20,228 bases of DNA, from assembly GCA_965644495.1 (NCBI GenBank), contig CBFFSA010000102.1:1-20228 (forward strand). Reading direction: 5' to 3'. This stretch comes from Perkinsela sp. CCAP 1560/9. Lineage: Eukaryota; Protista; Euglenozoa: Kinetoplastea. The notes under the pieces are model-generated. The model did not search any database. It was given only the letters and a program-made list of their open reading frames with translations, and was not told the origin of the DNA. The position numbers and the translations under genes are program-made. Below, one piece after another: positions 11,589 through 20,228 of the stretch. Position 1 is the stretch's first letter. Every line of letters begins with the position of its first letter.

Positions 11589-14500
11589 ATGACGACGGAT
11601 GCGTCCGGTGCGGTCGAGGTGCGCGTTGTTCGCGAACGTCTCGATCGTTCCACGCTTGGTCGGGGCTCTCTTTTTCTGCCGCCTATTCCGGTTGAAAATA
11701 AGGGCGCAAAACTCCGTCGCAGTGCGTTATCAAGTCTCATGCGCTGGATGCGTAGAGGTTGCCATATTGCAGTCGTATGGCGGTATGATGGTTCTCGGAA
11801 ATACCGACTATGGGAGGGAGATGTTATGGGAAACTTTGAGGATACTGATCGCTTCAGCGTGAAGTATCATCAAAGAGCTGACCTGGTGTTTCCCTTCCCC
11901 CCCATTTCCGCAAGATTTATCATATGCGCTGTTCGAATGAGATCGGCTCCCTCCCGGCGTAAGAGGCGATGGCGTCGCTGCGCTACCAAATCGACGTCGC
12001 CCGGCGAGCATGTCGATCGCGCTTTGGAGAACCAAAATGGTTCGGCTGTGAAGGAGAAGTTGTCGATAGCGACCCTGAATGTGACCTCATTAAAATTAGA
12101 GGGGGGGGATTTGTTTTCTATTCGATCGTGTGTCCGATTGAAGGAAATATTGAACCTTATGAGTAGCAAGAGGATTCACATACTGGGGTTGCAGGAAACG
12201 AGGTTCCGTTTTGATTCTCGTCTCTTTGGTGAGATTCTACGTCAGCAAACGGAGGACACCGGCGTTACGTATTACTTATATTTTTCCTCAGCAACGTCCG
12301 ACCGTTCTTACAACGGAATGGCGCTCGTTAGTACTTTTCCATTGGAAAAGGTGCGGGTTATCTCAGAACGGATTATGACTGCACAGTTTCCTTGGGAAAA
12401 CGGGAACGCTACACTATTCAATGTGTACGGTCCCATTAGGGATTCTTCTAAGGAAATGAAATCTACCTTCGACGCTTCTTTAAGAAAGGCCGTTCGCGAT
12501 CTTGAATCCACGAACCCCCAACGACCTACGATCTTAATTGGAGATTTTAATTCCCCTTTAACGCTGGTCAACAAAACTGCTGAAGACAAAGCAGCTGTAG
12601 CACGATTTCGCGCCTTACTTGTAGACGTTGGTTGCAAGTCTGCCCACACTCTCTCACCAAGCTCTCGAAAGTGGACTTGTAAACTTCCCAATGGCGCTGA
12701 GAGACAACTAGATCATATTATAATTTCCAATCGATACGCGTCAGCAATACAACATCATAAAGTTTTACTTGCTCCTTTCCCAACGCAGCACTGCTCGGTT
12801 GTCACCCGTCTCAAGATTAAGTGGAAAGCGCATGAAACACAACCTGGCAATCATTTGCCATGGTACAACCTAAAATCAGAAAATATTTGCAAGGAATTCA
12901 ATAAATGTACCCAACAAGCTGTTTTCAAAGTAATCGGAGAGGGAAGACCCGACCCGTGGGAGGTTTTATCAGAGGGGATACTATATGCGGCACAGAAAAC
13001 ACTTCCGGATTTCGAGGCACCAAGTGACTTAAGTAAATCCAATGGGCAACGAGAAGAAACAAACAAACAAGAGGAAATATTATCACTCAGCGCCCTGTAC
13101 AAATCTAGTCGAAATGCGCATACATTCAAAGGTCTTGTAGACAAGAGTCGTGAGCAAATTGAGGAAACAATTGAAGCTGAATGTGCAATTCTCCAAGAAA
13201 AACTACGGAAAAACCATTCCAGCCCTTGGAGATTCATTCGCGAAATATGCGGAATGAGGAAAACAGTTTTTAATTATGGCGCAGGTCAATCAAACCGGAA
13301 ACGACTAGCAGCCGTTAAGGACTTTTTCTCTAAAATTGCTAACCGAGGTGTTGGAGACACAAAAGTTGAATTTGATGAGACCAAAAACTTTGAAGGAGAA
13401 ATCATGGATTCACCTTTCACAGAAGATGAACTTGCATGCGCTGCGCGTAGACTTAAACGAGGAAAAGCTCCAGGACTCGACGAGATACCAGCGGAAGCGT
13501 ACATATCCATACTCGAAGAAAATTCTTTACGCCATCTCCTTCTTGGAATCATCAACAAAGCCCTTGAAACGGGAAAGACGCACCATCTCTGGAAAACCGT
13601 TCTGCAAGTCCCCGTACCGAAAAAAGGTGATCTTTCCGAGCTGCGGAATTGGCGCCCAATATGTCTTGTCAACGTTATCCTCAAGCTAATTAACGGTATG
13701 ATTTTGAATCGTATTCGGCCCTCGACCGAGCGAGTTCTACGCGAAAATCAATATGGTTTCCGCCCGGAGAGGTCCACCTGTGGAGCCCAAATTATTCTCA
13801 ATGAAATCCTCACGAAATCAAGACGGAATCGAAGTCACGAAAATGTCATGATTGCTTTCATCGACTTCGCGAGTGCCTTTCCATCGCTTTCACACTCATC
13901 TATCAGGGCAGCGTTACATTCGTTCCACGTAGGACCTCGAATGACAACCCTTGCAATGTCGGCCTACGAGGGCTTAGAGGCCATTGTACGTACCCCGTTT
14001 GGGAAAACCAGCTCCTTTCCTATTACCTCGGGTATTTTGCAAGGGGATGTGCTGGCTCCGTATTTATTTATCATGGTTCTCGATCGCATCCTTCACGCGG
14101 CATTGAAAAATAAAGATGATGGACTAACGCTGAGCTCCGCCGGAACCAGAAAACGTGGATATAAATCAACACGAGTGACTGATATTGATTACGCTGATGA
14201 TTTGATCCTGTTTTCCGACTCCAAACGTTCATTAGAAAGGATGGTCGACAGCGTCGCTACTGAAGCATCCAAAGCTAATTTGAGTATAGCCGCTGGTGTC
14301 AACAAAACGGCATGGATGTCCATCTCGAAGAATGAGAATAAGGATGGCGATCTCCTTTCATCAACTTGTGGGAACATTCCGAAAGTAAAATCGTACCGCC
14401 ATCTGGGGCATGTTCAGCATGAAACCGAGCCTAAATTAACATTAACCGACAGATTACGTTTGACGTGGGCGTGTTTTAGCAAACTACGAGGTATTTGGAT

Positions 14501-15749
14501 CTCGCCTCTTCGCGTAAAGGCTAAGCTTCGAATTTTTGACACCCTTGTCTATCCCATACTAAACTACGGTACGTCATCCATGGTGATATCGGCATCGCAG
14601 GTGAGAAACGTTGAAGTACAGGTAAACAACATGAGGCGCATCGTGTGTGACGCCGTAGGAGTTGATGAGAATGGGCATTGTTATCCTATTGAATCTCTGT
14701 ACCACAACACGCTACATTTCAATACAATACATCGTATTAATCGGGCGCGCCTTGTGGGTCACCAAATTAGGCACTCTGAGATCTACCGCTCTTTAGTAGG
14801 ATGGGGCTCCCGGGAAAAGGCGAGATTTCCATCGCCTTCCGAAGCATGCGCACAAGACCTTGGGATTGAGATGGAAGAAATGCTTGTATATGCCTCTGAT
14901 CGCGCACACTGGGCCAAATTAATTGAAAACCTCTCAGAGAGACTCGAGCCCTCAGAGTCTTATATTGGCTACAAAAGTCCTAAATGGAAACTAGCATACA
15001 AAAACGCTTTAAAAGAAACAGTGTGTAATAAATTACAATTTATCGAAGAAGGGGAAACCCCTTTTCCTGTAAAACCAGAGGAAATGCATGCGTACGTGGA
15101 TGCTTCTATCTCCGATGATACGGACACAAGGGTAAAGGTAGCAGTTGGATGTGTAATAGTAAACGCAGAGAAGCATGAAAGTTTTTCGTCCTCCCTATCC
15201 TACCTGGAAACCAAATCTCCTGAAAGAGCCGAAATTCACGCTGCCCTATTTGGTTTGAGTAAACTAAAAGAAGTTGAAAATGTTGTTGTACACACAGATT
15301 CGTATTATGTGTGGAATTTTGTAAATATGCGCCGAAGGAAAGATCGACTGGTTGGTTTTGAAGGCTCGAATTCCGATCTGCTTAGTTTTCTGGATAGTTT
15401 TATTCGATCAGCGCATTGTCAGGGGAGAACCATCACCTTTATTAAGGTCCGAGGCCATTCAGGGAATAAATGGAATGAAGAAGCGGATACCTTAAGTAAA
15501 AAGCTCGTTAGTTCGGAACCTATTTCTAAACGAAGAAAAAACCTGAACCGAGGAAATGAATCGGCCCACTCCGAATATGAGTGGATAGCGTGCCTTAAAA
15601 CAATAGAAAAGAAAACCACGAACCCAACCCGTGAGGAGCGTCGGATGCGGCGTAAGAGAAAAGGTAAGTTACTAGACACCGCGTCCTCGCTTGCTAACGC
15701 AGAATTTGAACAAAGCGAAAAGAAACATTTCCGAACATCCAACCTGTAA
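11589..15749 (+). CDS. Non-LTR retrotransposon polyprotein: unassigned N-terminal region + APE endonuclease + reverse transcriptase + RNase H (RTE-like, 1386 aa)
   Basis: Uninterrupted ORF. APE motifs IATLNV, LGLQETR, NVYGP, LIGDFN, LDHIII. RT motifs KAPGLDEI, KKGDL..NWRPICL, QYGFRPERS, FIDFASAF, GILQGDVLAPYLF, YADD. RNase H motifs YVDAS, RAEIHA, HTDS, KVRGHSGNKWNEEAD. Confidence 0.97.
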   Translation: MTTDASGAVEVRVVRERLDRSTLGRGSLFLPPIPVENKGAKLRRSALSSLMRWMRRGCHIAVVWRYDGSRKYRLWEGDVMGNFEDTDRFSVKYHQRADLVFPFPPISARFIICAVRMRSAPSRRKRRWRRCATKSTSPGEHVDRALENQNGSAVKEKLSIATLNVTSLKLEGGDLFSIRSCVRLKEILNLMSSKRIHILGLQETRFRFDSRLFGEILRQQTEDTGVTYYLYFSSATSDRSYNGMALVSTFPLEKVRVISERIMTAQFPWENGNATLFNVYGPIRDSSKEMKSTFDASLRKAVRDLESTNPQRPTILIGDFNSPLTLVNKTAEDKAAVARFRALLVDVGCKSAHTLSPSSRKWTCKLPNGAERQLDHIIISNRYASAIQHHKVLLAPFPTQHCSVVTRLKIKWKAHETQPGNHLPWYNLKSENICKEFNKCTQQAVFKVIGEGRPDPWEVLSEGILYAAQKTLPDFEAPSDLSKSNGQREETNKQEEILSLSALYKSSRNAHTFKGLVDKSREQIEETIEAECAILQEKLRKNHSSPWRFIREICGMRKTVFNYGAGQSNRKRLAAVKDFFSKIANRGVGDTKVEFDETKNFEGEIMDSPFTEDELACAARRLKRGKAPGLDEIPAEAYISILEENSLRHLLLGIINKALETGKTHHLWKTVLQVPVPKKGDLSELRNWRPICLVNVILKLINGMILNRIRPSTERVLRENQYGFRPERSTCGAQIILNEILTKSRRNRSHENVMIAFIDFASAFPSLSHSSIRAALHSFHVGPRMTTLAMSAYEGLEAIVRTPFGKTSSFPITSGILQGDVLAPYLFIMVLDRILHAALKNKDDGLTLSSAGTRKRGYKSTRVTDIDYADDLILFSDSKRSLERMVDSVATEASKANLSIAAGVNKTAWMSISKNENKDGDLLSSTCGNIPKVKSYRHLGHVQHETEPKLTLTDRLRLTWACFSKLRGIWISPLRVKAKLRIFDTLVYPILNYGTSSMVISASQVRNVEVQVNNMRRIVCDAVGVDENGHCYPIESLYHNTLHFNTIHRINRARLVGHQIRHSEIYRSLVGWGSREKARFPSPSEACAQDLGIEMEEMLVYASDRAHWAKLIENLSERLEPSESYIGYKSPKWKLAYKNALKETVCNKLQFIEEGETPFPVKPEEMHAYVDASISDDTDTRVKVAVGCVIVNAEKHESFSSSLSYLETKSPERAEIHAALFGLSKLKEVENVVVHTDSYYVWNFVNMRRRKDRLVGFEGSNSDLLSFLDSFIRSAHCQGRTITFIKVRGHSGNKWNEEADTLSKKLVSSEPISKRRKNLNRGNESAHSEYEWIACLKTIEKKTTNPTREERRMRRKRKGKLLDTASSLANAEFEQSEKKHFRTSNL

Positions 15750-15903
15750 ACTCAGGGGTGTACTCAAAACGAAAGTAATGGAAAAATATATCTACCAATA
15801 GGGCGCACGATGGTGTGGGAATCAAATTCTATTAGTTCTAGTTTTAGGAGCATATATTTAGTGAAGCTTGAACAGTTTCTCAATTGAAGGGTAATGCCTT
15901 CAG

Positions 15904-15927
15904 TGTTGTGTGTGTGTTGTGTGTGTG
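15904..15927 (+). repeat. (TG)n-like microsatellite 3' tail of the retrotransposon
   Basis: TGTTGTGTGTGTGTTGTGTGTGTG, ~155 nt after the stop codon and abutting the TSD. Confidence 0.8.
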
Positions 15928-16128
15928 CTTCCTTTACTTATCTTCTTTTCGTTCAGTTATCTTACAAATACACTTTGATGTGTACCTGATGACTTGCGCG
16001 CTCTGTTACTTGGGCGCTACATTCGTAGTTCTTTCGTCCCATTCCAAAGGGATGACCCCACCCCTATATTGTCCCTTAAATACCCGTCCCGTAATTAACC
16101 CGTCACGTAATTAACCCGTCACATAATA

Positions 16129-17052
16129 ATCGAGTGTAGAGCGGTAGTTTTACAACCACCGCAATATTTCTTTTTTAGTCTCTTCGTTAAACGCGGTGGT
16201 TGTTTTCAACTTAGAAGTTACTCATGCTGCGCGCTTCGCGTTGAAAACTCCCGCCGCGTTTAACGAAGAGCCTAAAAAAGAAAATTTAGCCTGGAAAACG
16301 GAAAGATTATAGCCAAAAATAGCCGAATTTCGGGTAAAAATTGGGTGATTTTCGCGTATTTTTGCTGTCAGAGCACTAAATCCGACATTTGCGCGTTGGA
16401 AATCACTCGTAGGCATGAATGGAAGCCTACCGAACGTATTGGGTAGAGAATGCGACTCCAACCATACCATTCTTTCGACACTAAAATGGCCCTTTAGGTC
16501 CGAAAAATACTTTTTCACCTTTTTTAGTCAAAAATGGGTCATTTTGAGGGGCGCACCACGGTTCGAAGAATGGATACCTTGCAAAAACAACTGCGGAGAA
16601 AGCTAGTGTAGGTCCCAAACTATTAAAATACAATAGGGGAAATGATTTTGGAAAAATATTTTTTTTGCCATTTTTTTCGCCAAGTTGAAATCTTTTTCAA
16701 ATTTTCTTTTCCGAAAAAATCCGAACTTGGAGGACCCGTCCTGCGGATACGCGGGGGGGTCACCCCCGGGTAGGGGGGTGGAAAATACGCGCCAACACCC
16801 CGGCTACCCTTTCTGCGGTTTGTTTTCGAAAACTAATTTTTTCGAAAAAATTTGCACGACCATGACCCCTCCCTGAACCCCCCCCTGGACCCCCCATTTT
16901 TTTCGATTTTTTTTTTTTGTTTTGGTCCACCGGAGCCCCCTTTTATATTTTTTTCTTCTATTATATTACTGTGTTCCTCTTTATATTTTCACTGTTTTTG
17001 TTCACTTTTTTTTCAATAATCGAGTGTAGAGCGGTAGTTTTACAACCACCGC
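16129..17052. mobile_element. Non-coding insert bounded by 34-bp direct repeats and a 16-bp TSD-like duplication
   Basis: ATCGAGTGTAGAGCGGTAGTTTTACAACCACCGC at 16129-16162 and 17019-17052. AACCCGTCACATAATA at 16113-16128 and 17053-17068. The interior (~16180-16757) matches the ~0.8-kb unit at 862-2700. Confidence 0.65.
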
Positions 17053-17827
17053 AACCCGTCACATAATAGCACCACGCACTGTAACGTATGCGATGCCCGA
17101 TCGCATATTTATTTTATCGCCTTCCCGTGCATTTCGCGTACTTTGTGCCATTGGGGGTAACGCATCGTCTGGCCCCTCAAACTGATAATCAATGTTTCTA
17201 ATGGAAGCTTTGCAAGGATGAAGGCAACCTAATCTGTTAAATGCGGCAAAAACAACATACGGACATTTTTTATAAGAACACACTTTTTATAAAGAACACA
17301 CTTTTTATAAGGAACCCAGATTGAAAGGGGCGAGGGAGATACGAAGCAACAGGCGTGGCAGATTCCCACTGAAAAGAAATGGTATCTCCCGCACGAAGTT
17401 TTTCCCCGAGCTAGAAAGCGCAAAGGCTTCTCTCGTGCGGGGAGAAAGATATAATTGAATTCATAATCAGAGATCATATGCCTCGTAGGGCCATTTGAGA
17501 AAAAGAAGTCTTTTCAAATTCGTATTTGTTCTCGTCTAAATTTCCTCTCGTAAACTATCATGGTTAAAAAATTCTCGATTCTGATATGGACGAGCATAAA
17601 AACTCGCTTTGTCCAACGAATCGTGCAGATTTGAGACGAGAGATCGCTTCTGGGGTCGAAAAATTAGAAGAGGCGCAATACGATGTATTTTTGAGGACTT
17701 TGAAGAGTGTTTCAACCTGTGTGAAAATTGTGCTGGAGAAAAAAGGTGGAAATTGTGGATACTAACTTTTTTCTTACCAGAAAAAAAACTTGCAGTTGCC
17801 CTTTTTACGGGATTCAGGAGAATGCCA

Positions 17828-18217
17828 AAAATCCAAAAAATCCAAATCATTCCGGATTGCTCCGGATGGTCACTGGCAAGCCAGACCCTTCACAGACATA
17901 TTTGGAAGTTCCGAGGCCGACGTCCTCTACCAGTTTCCGCTTGCCCAAGGCGGCACCAACGTGCTGTTGCCAACACGCTGCTTCGACGAACTGCACGTCA
18001 ACACAGCTTACCCAAGAGGTGTAAGCCGGGTAAGGGAGATGGTTCCCTGTGGGGAGGGTCCGGGACGGTCCTCCGAGTACTGGGCCTAGTCGGTTATCAG
18101 CCCAGCCTCTTAGAGTGAGGCCGCCGGGAATATTGCGATGAACGGGTTTGAACTCGCTGTCTGAGCACCATGTGCTTCAAACTTTGAATTCTTGCCACCC
18201 CGCCACCTCCGCCCTCC
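17828..18217. repeat. Inverted diverged copy of ~6080-6431 and ~5725-5891
   Basis: Reverse-complement match; ORFs 6144-6485(-) and 17609-18118(+) share the SLASQTLHR...GYQPSLLE peptide. Confidence 0.88.
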
Positions 18218-18409
18218 AGGAGAATGCATATACCTGGAAACTACGTAAAACGTTATATCACATGACACGTAACTCTGTGAGAGCTCTCGAATGCGCTATT
18301 ATTTTCCAAAATTGGCCGAGTTGTAAGAATTTTGACCCCCCCCCATAATTTCGCGCACCCCCTGTATTTACGTATCGTGCTGACGATGCTTGCAACCCAT
18401 GTCGTGCGC

Positions 18410-19039
18410 GAGCGTTTCTATTCTCCCCTTTTTTTGAACAGTCGCTCTGGAGTGGATATAGATACTCTTCTTCTAATATGGGGGGACATCGCGAACAACC
18501 TCACGACAGGGCAAATCAGTCGTAACCGTGGAGTGCGGCAAGGCACTGTCACAAAGTTCCTTCACATGGTAGGTAAAGCAGCGTTCCACCAAGAAAACAC
18601 GGATTTTAACTTTTCCAAACTGCAAGTGGATGAAACATTCATAGGAAAACGGAAATACAAACCGTGGAAAAAGGGTATAACCGTGGAAAAAGGGTCCGAA
18701 AAATAGGATGGTGGTTCGTCACGGTGACAGAAATCGATGATCAGAAAATGGGCCGAACACACTGGAAACTCGTAAAGCGCCGTGATCAAGAAACCCCTCT
18801 GAACTTTATAACCCCTCATCTAACAAGCACTCGGTCCGTCGTGGTTACGGATGAATGGCGAGGGTATTGGAATCTTGGGGATTATTTCCGGCATTTCACT
18901 GTAAACCACAGCAAGGAGTTTGTCACTATACCACTTGGGCCACCATACCAATCACGCGGAAACTGCGCATCGAACCATTAAACAATGGACGAAACAGCAA
19001 CACTACAACTATGGGGCGACACCCATGGACCTTCGGTGA
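18410..19039 (+). pseudogene. Merlin/IS1595-family DDE transposase with two frameshifts
   Basis: QVDETFIGKRKY / NRGKRVRKIGWWFV..VVTDEWRGY..VNHSKEFV / HTNHAE (18944-18961, third frame). All three catalytic motifs are present across frames. Confidence 0.88.
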
Positions 19040-19092
19040 AACGTGGCTCTCCAATGCGTCAAATATGGCTACGGAAAAACAGTAGCGAAAGC

Positions 19093-19325
19093 CAGCTCGC
19101 CACCCTTCCACAACATGGCCAGCTGGCCACCCTTCCACAACATGGCCAGCTGGCCACCAAAAAAAAAAAAAAAAAATGGCCAGCTGGCCACCCTTCCACA
19201 AATTGGCCACTTCTAAAACATGGTCACTTCCACAACATGGCCACTTCCAAAACATGGTCACTTCCACAACATGGCCAGCTGGCCACCCTTCCACAACATG
19301 GCCAGCTGGCCACTCTTCCACAACA
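19093..19325 (+). repeat. 27-bp minisatellite CAGCTGGCCACCCTTCCACAACATGGC with shorter variants and an A-run
   Basis: Direct tandem copies just downstream of the Merlin coding region. Confidence 0.88.
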
Positions 19326-19371
19326 CTCTCCCACCCCCGTGGGACTCACTCAGTGGACTCACCCAACGTGA

Positions 19372-19771
19372 GTCACTGCCCCACGTGGCAGTACACTTAC
19401 TCTCTCACGTGCCACTGTATCTACACTGCAGTCGCTGCCTCACGTGACACTTCTCTTACTCTCGCACGTGCCAATGCAGCTGCACTGCGATCACTGCCTC
19501 ACGTGGCAGTACTCTCACTCTCTCACGTGCCACTGTAGCTACACTGCAGTCACTGACTCTCTCACATTCCACTGTATCTACACTGCAGTCACTTCCCCAC
19601 GTGGCAGTACTCTCACTCTCTCAGGCGCTACTGCAGCTACACTGCAGTCACTGCCTCACGTGGCAGTACTCTCACTCTCTCACGTGCTACTGCAGCTACA
19701 CTGCAGTCACTGCCTCACGTGGCAGTACTCTCACTCTCTCGCGTGCTAGTGCAGCTGCACTGCATCACTGC
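19372..19771 (+). repeat. ~59-bp diverged minisatellite (~7 units) rich in CACGTG and CTGCAG palindromes
   Basis: Unit TCACTGCCTCACGTGGCAGTACTCTCACTCTCTCACGTGCCACTGTAGCTACACTGCAG. Confidence 0.88.
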
Positions 19772-19772
19772 A

Positions 19773-19937
19773 TAAGACCATCGTTTTTTGTAAGACCATC
19801 GTTTTTTGTAAGACCATCGTTTTTTATAAGACCATCGTTTTTTGTAAGACCATCGTTTTTTGTAAGACCATCGTTTTTTGTAAGACCATCGTTTTTTGTA
19901 AGACCATCGTTTTTTGTAAGACCATCGTTTTTTGTAA
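19773..19937 (+). repeat. Tandem array of 9 x 18-bp ACCATCGTTTTTTGTAAG
   Basis: Direct count; the third unit has a G>A variant. It shares the TAAGACCATC junction core and the T-run with the 17-mer array. Confidence 0.97.
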
Positions 19938-19952
19938 TCTAATTATAAAAAC

Positions 19953-20228
19953 ATGGCGGATGCTTCCGGCACGTGTAAGGGGACAGAGGTTTTTGAAACC
20001 CTTACACGGACCAAGCGTGGTCGGGGGGTCATCTTTCGTTCACCCGAGCGAGAGGGGCCTGCTAAACTCCGCCAGAGGGCGGTGCGGGCGCTCTGTAAGT
20101 TTGTCCGCGTTGGGGCTCATCTTCGCGTCGCGTGGAGACACGACAACTGTTGCGACACTTTGTTTGTTTGGGAGGACGAGGTCGTGTGTGAGGGGCCGGC
20201 TTATCTGAAAAGCGTAGGCTGGCATACT
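19953..20228 (+). CDS. N-terminus of a second, related retrotransposon ORF (runs off the window end)
   Basis: Hand translation is open for 92 codons: MADASGTCKGTEVFETLTRTKRGRGVIFRSPEREGPAKLRQRAVRALCKFVRVGAHLRVAWRHDNCCDTLFVWEDEV... About 30 of ~80 residues match the N-terminus of 11589-15749 (DASG, GRG, AKLR, GxHxxVxWRxD, WE). Confidence 0.85.
   Translation, partial: MADASGTCKGTEVFETLTRTKRGRGVIFRSPEREGPAKLRQRAVRALCKFVRVGAHLRVAWRHDNCCDTLFVWEDEVVCEGPAYLKSVGWHT

Larger units (their letters stand above)
8260..15927 (+). mobile_element. Full-length non-LTR retrotransposon including its 5' tandem array, 3' UTR and (TG)n tail
   Basis: Identical 12-mer CTTCCTTTACTT at 8248-8259 (4 nt before the array) and at 15928-15939 (directly after the TG tail), consistent with a TSD. 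Confidence 0.85.
8135..17081. mobile_element. Tc1/mariner-type non-autonomous element (MITE, ~0.3 kb when empty) carrying two nested insertions
   Basis: Left end TA|CAGTGCGGGGCTTTATTACGGGGACGGGTT. Right end, reverse-complemented, TA|CAGTGCGTGGTGCTATTATGTGACGGGTT. Imperfect TIRs start CAGTG and are flanked by TA. Subterminal TAATTAACCCGTC repeats at 16082-16128. Confidence 0.7.

Noticed and set aside
11599-15742. Antisense and alternate-frame ORFs within the retrotransposon
   Set aside because: They are shadows of the main ORF with no independent evidence.
19601-19942. ORF with RPSFFV repeats and the overlapping minisatellite ORFs
   Set aside because: These are read-through of tandem repeats. 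The 17-mer counterpart has stop codons, so coding is not conserved.
19960-20208. Track ORF of 82 aa
   Set aside because: Wrong frame; the homologous frame starts at 19953.

Overview
A eukaryotic, probably protist, window made almost entirely of nested transposable elements, with no intact host gene. The centre is an apparently intact single-ORF non-LTR retrotransposon (APE endonuclease, RT, RNase H; ORF 11589-15749) with a (TG)n tail and a 12-bp target-site duplication (TSD; CTTCCTTTACTT at 8248-8259 and 15928-15939). That TSD also encloses a 3.3-kb array of 195 near-perfect copies of a 17-mer ending 11 nt before the ATG. A second, diverged relative starts at 19953 and is missing from the ORF track. 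It has the same layout: 9 copies of a related 18-mer, then a hairpin running into the ATG. This suggests a retroelement family that carries or synthesises tandem repeats at its 5' end. The first element sits inside a Tc1/mariner-type MITE (8135-17081), which also holds a direct-repeat-bounded insert. The window also contains a tRNA-derived SINE with a 12-bp TSD, three IS30-like transposase fragments, a frameshifted Merlin/IS1595 transposase, a tyrosine-recombinase motif fragment, an ~0.8-kb tandem unit with internal hairpins, several dispersed duplications and minisatellites. All family assignments come from motif recognition by eye; no database searches were run.
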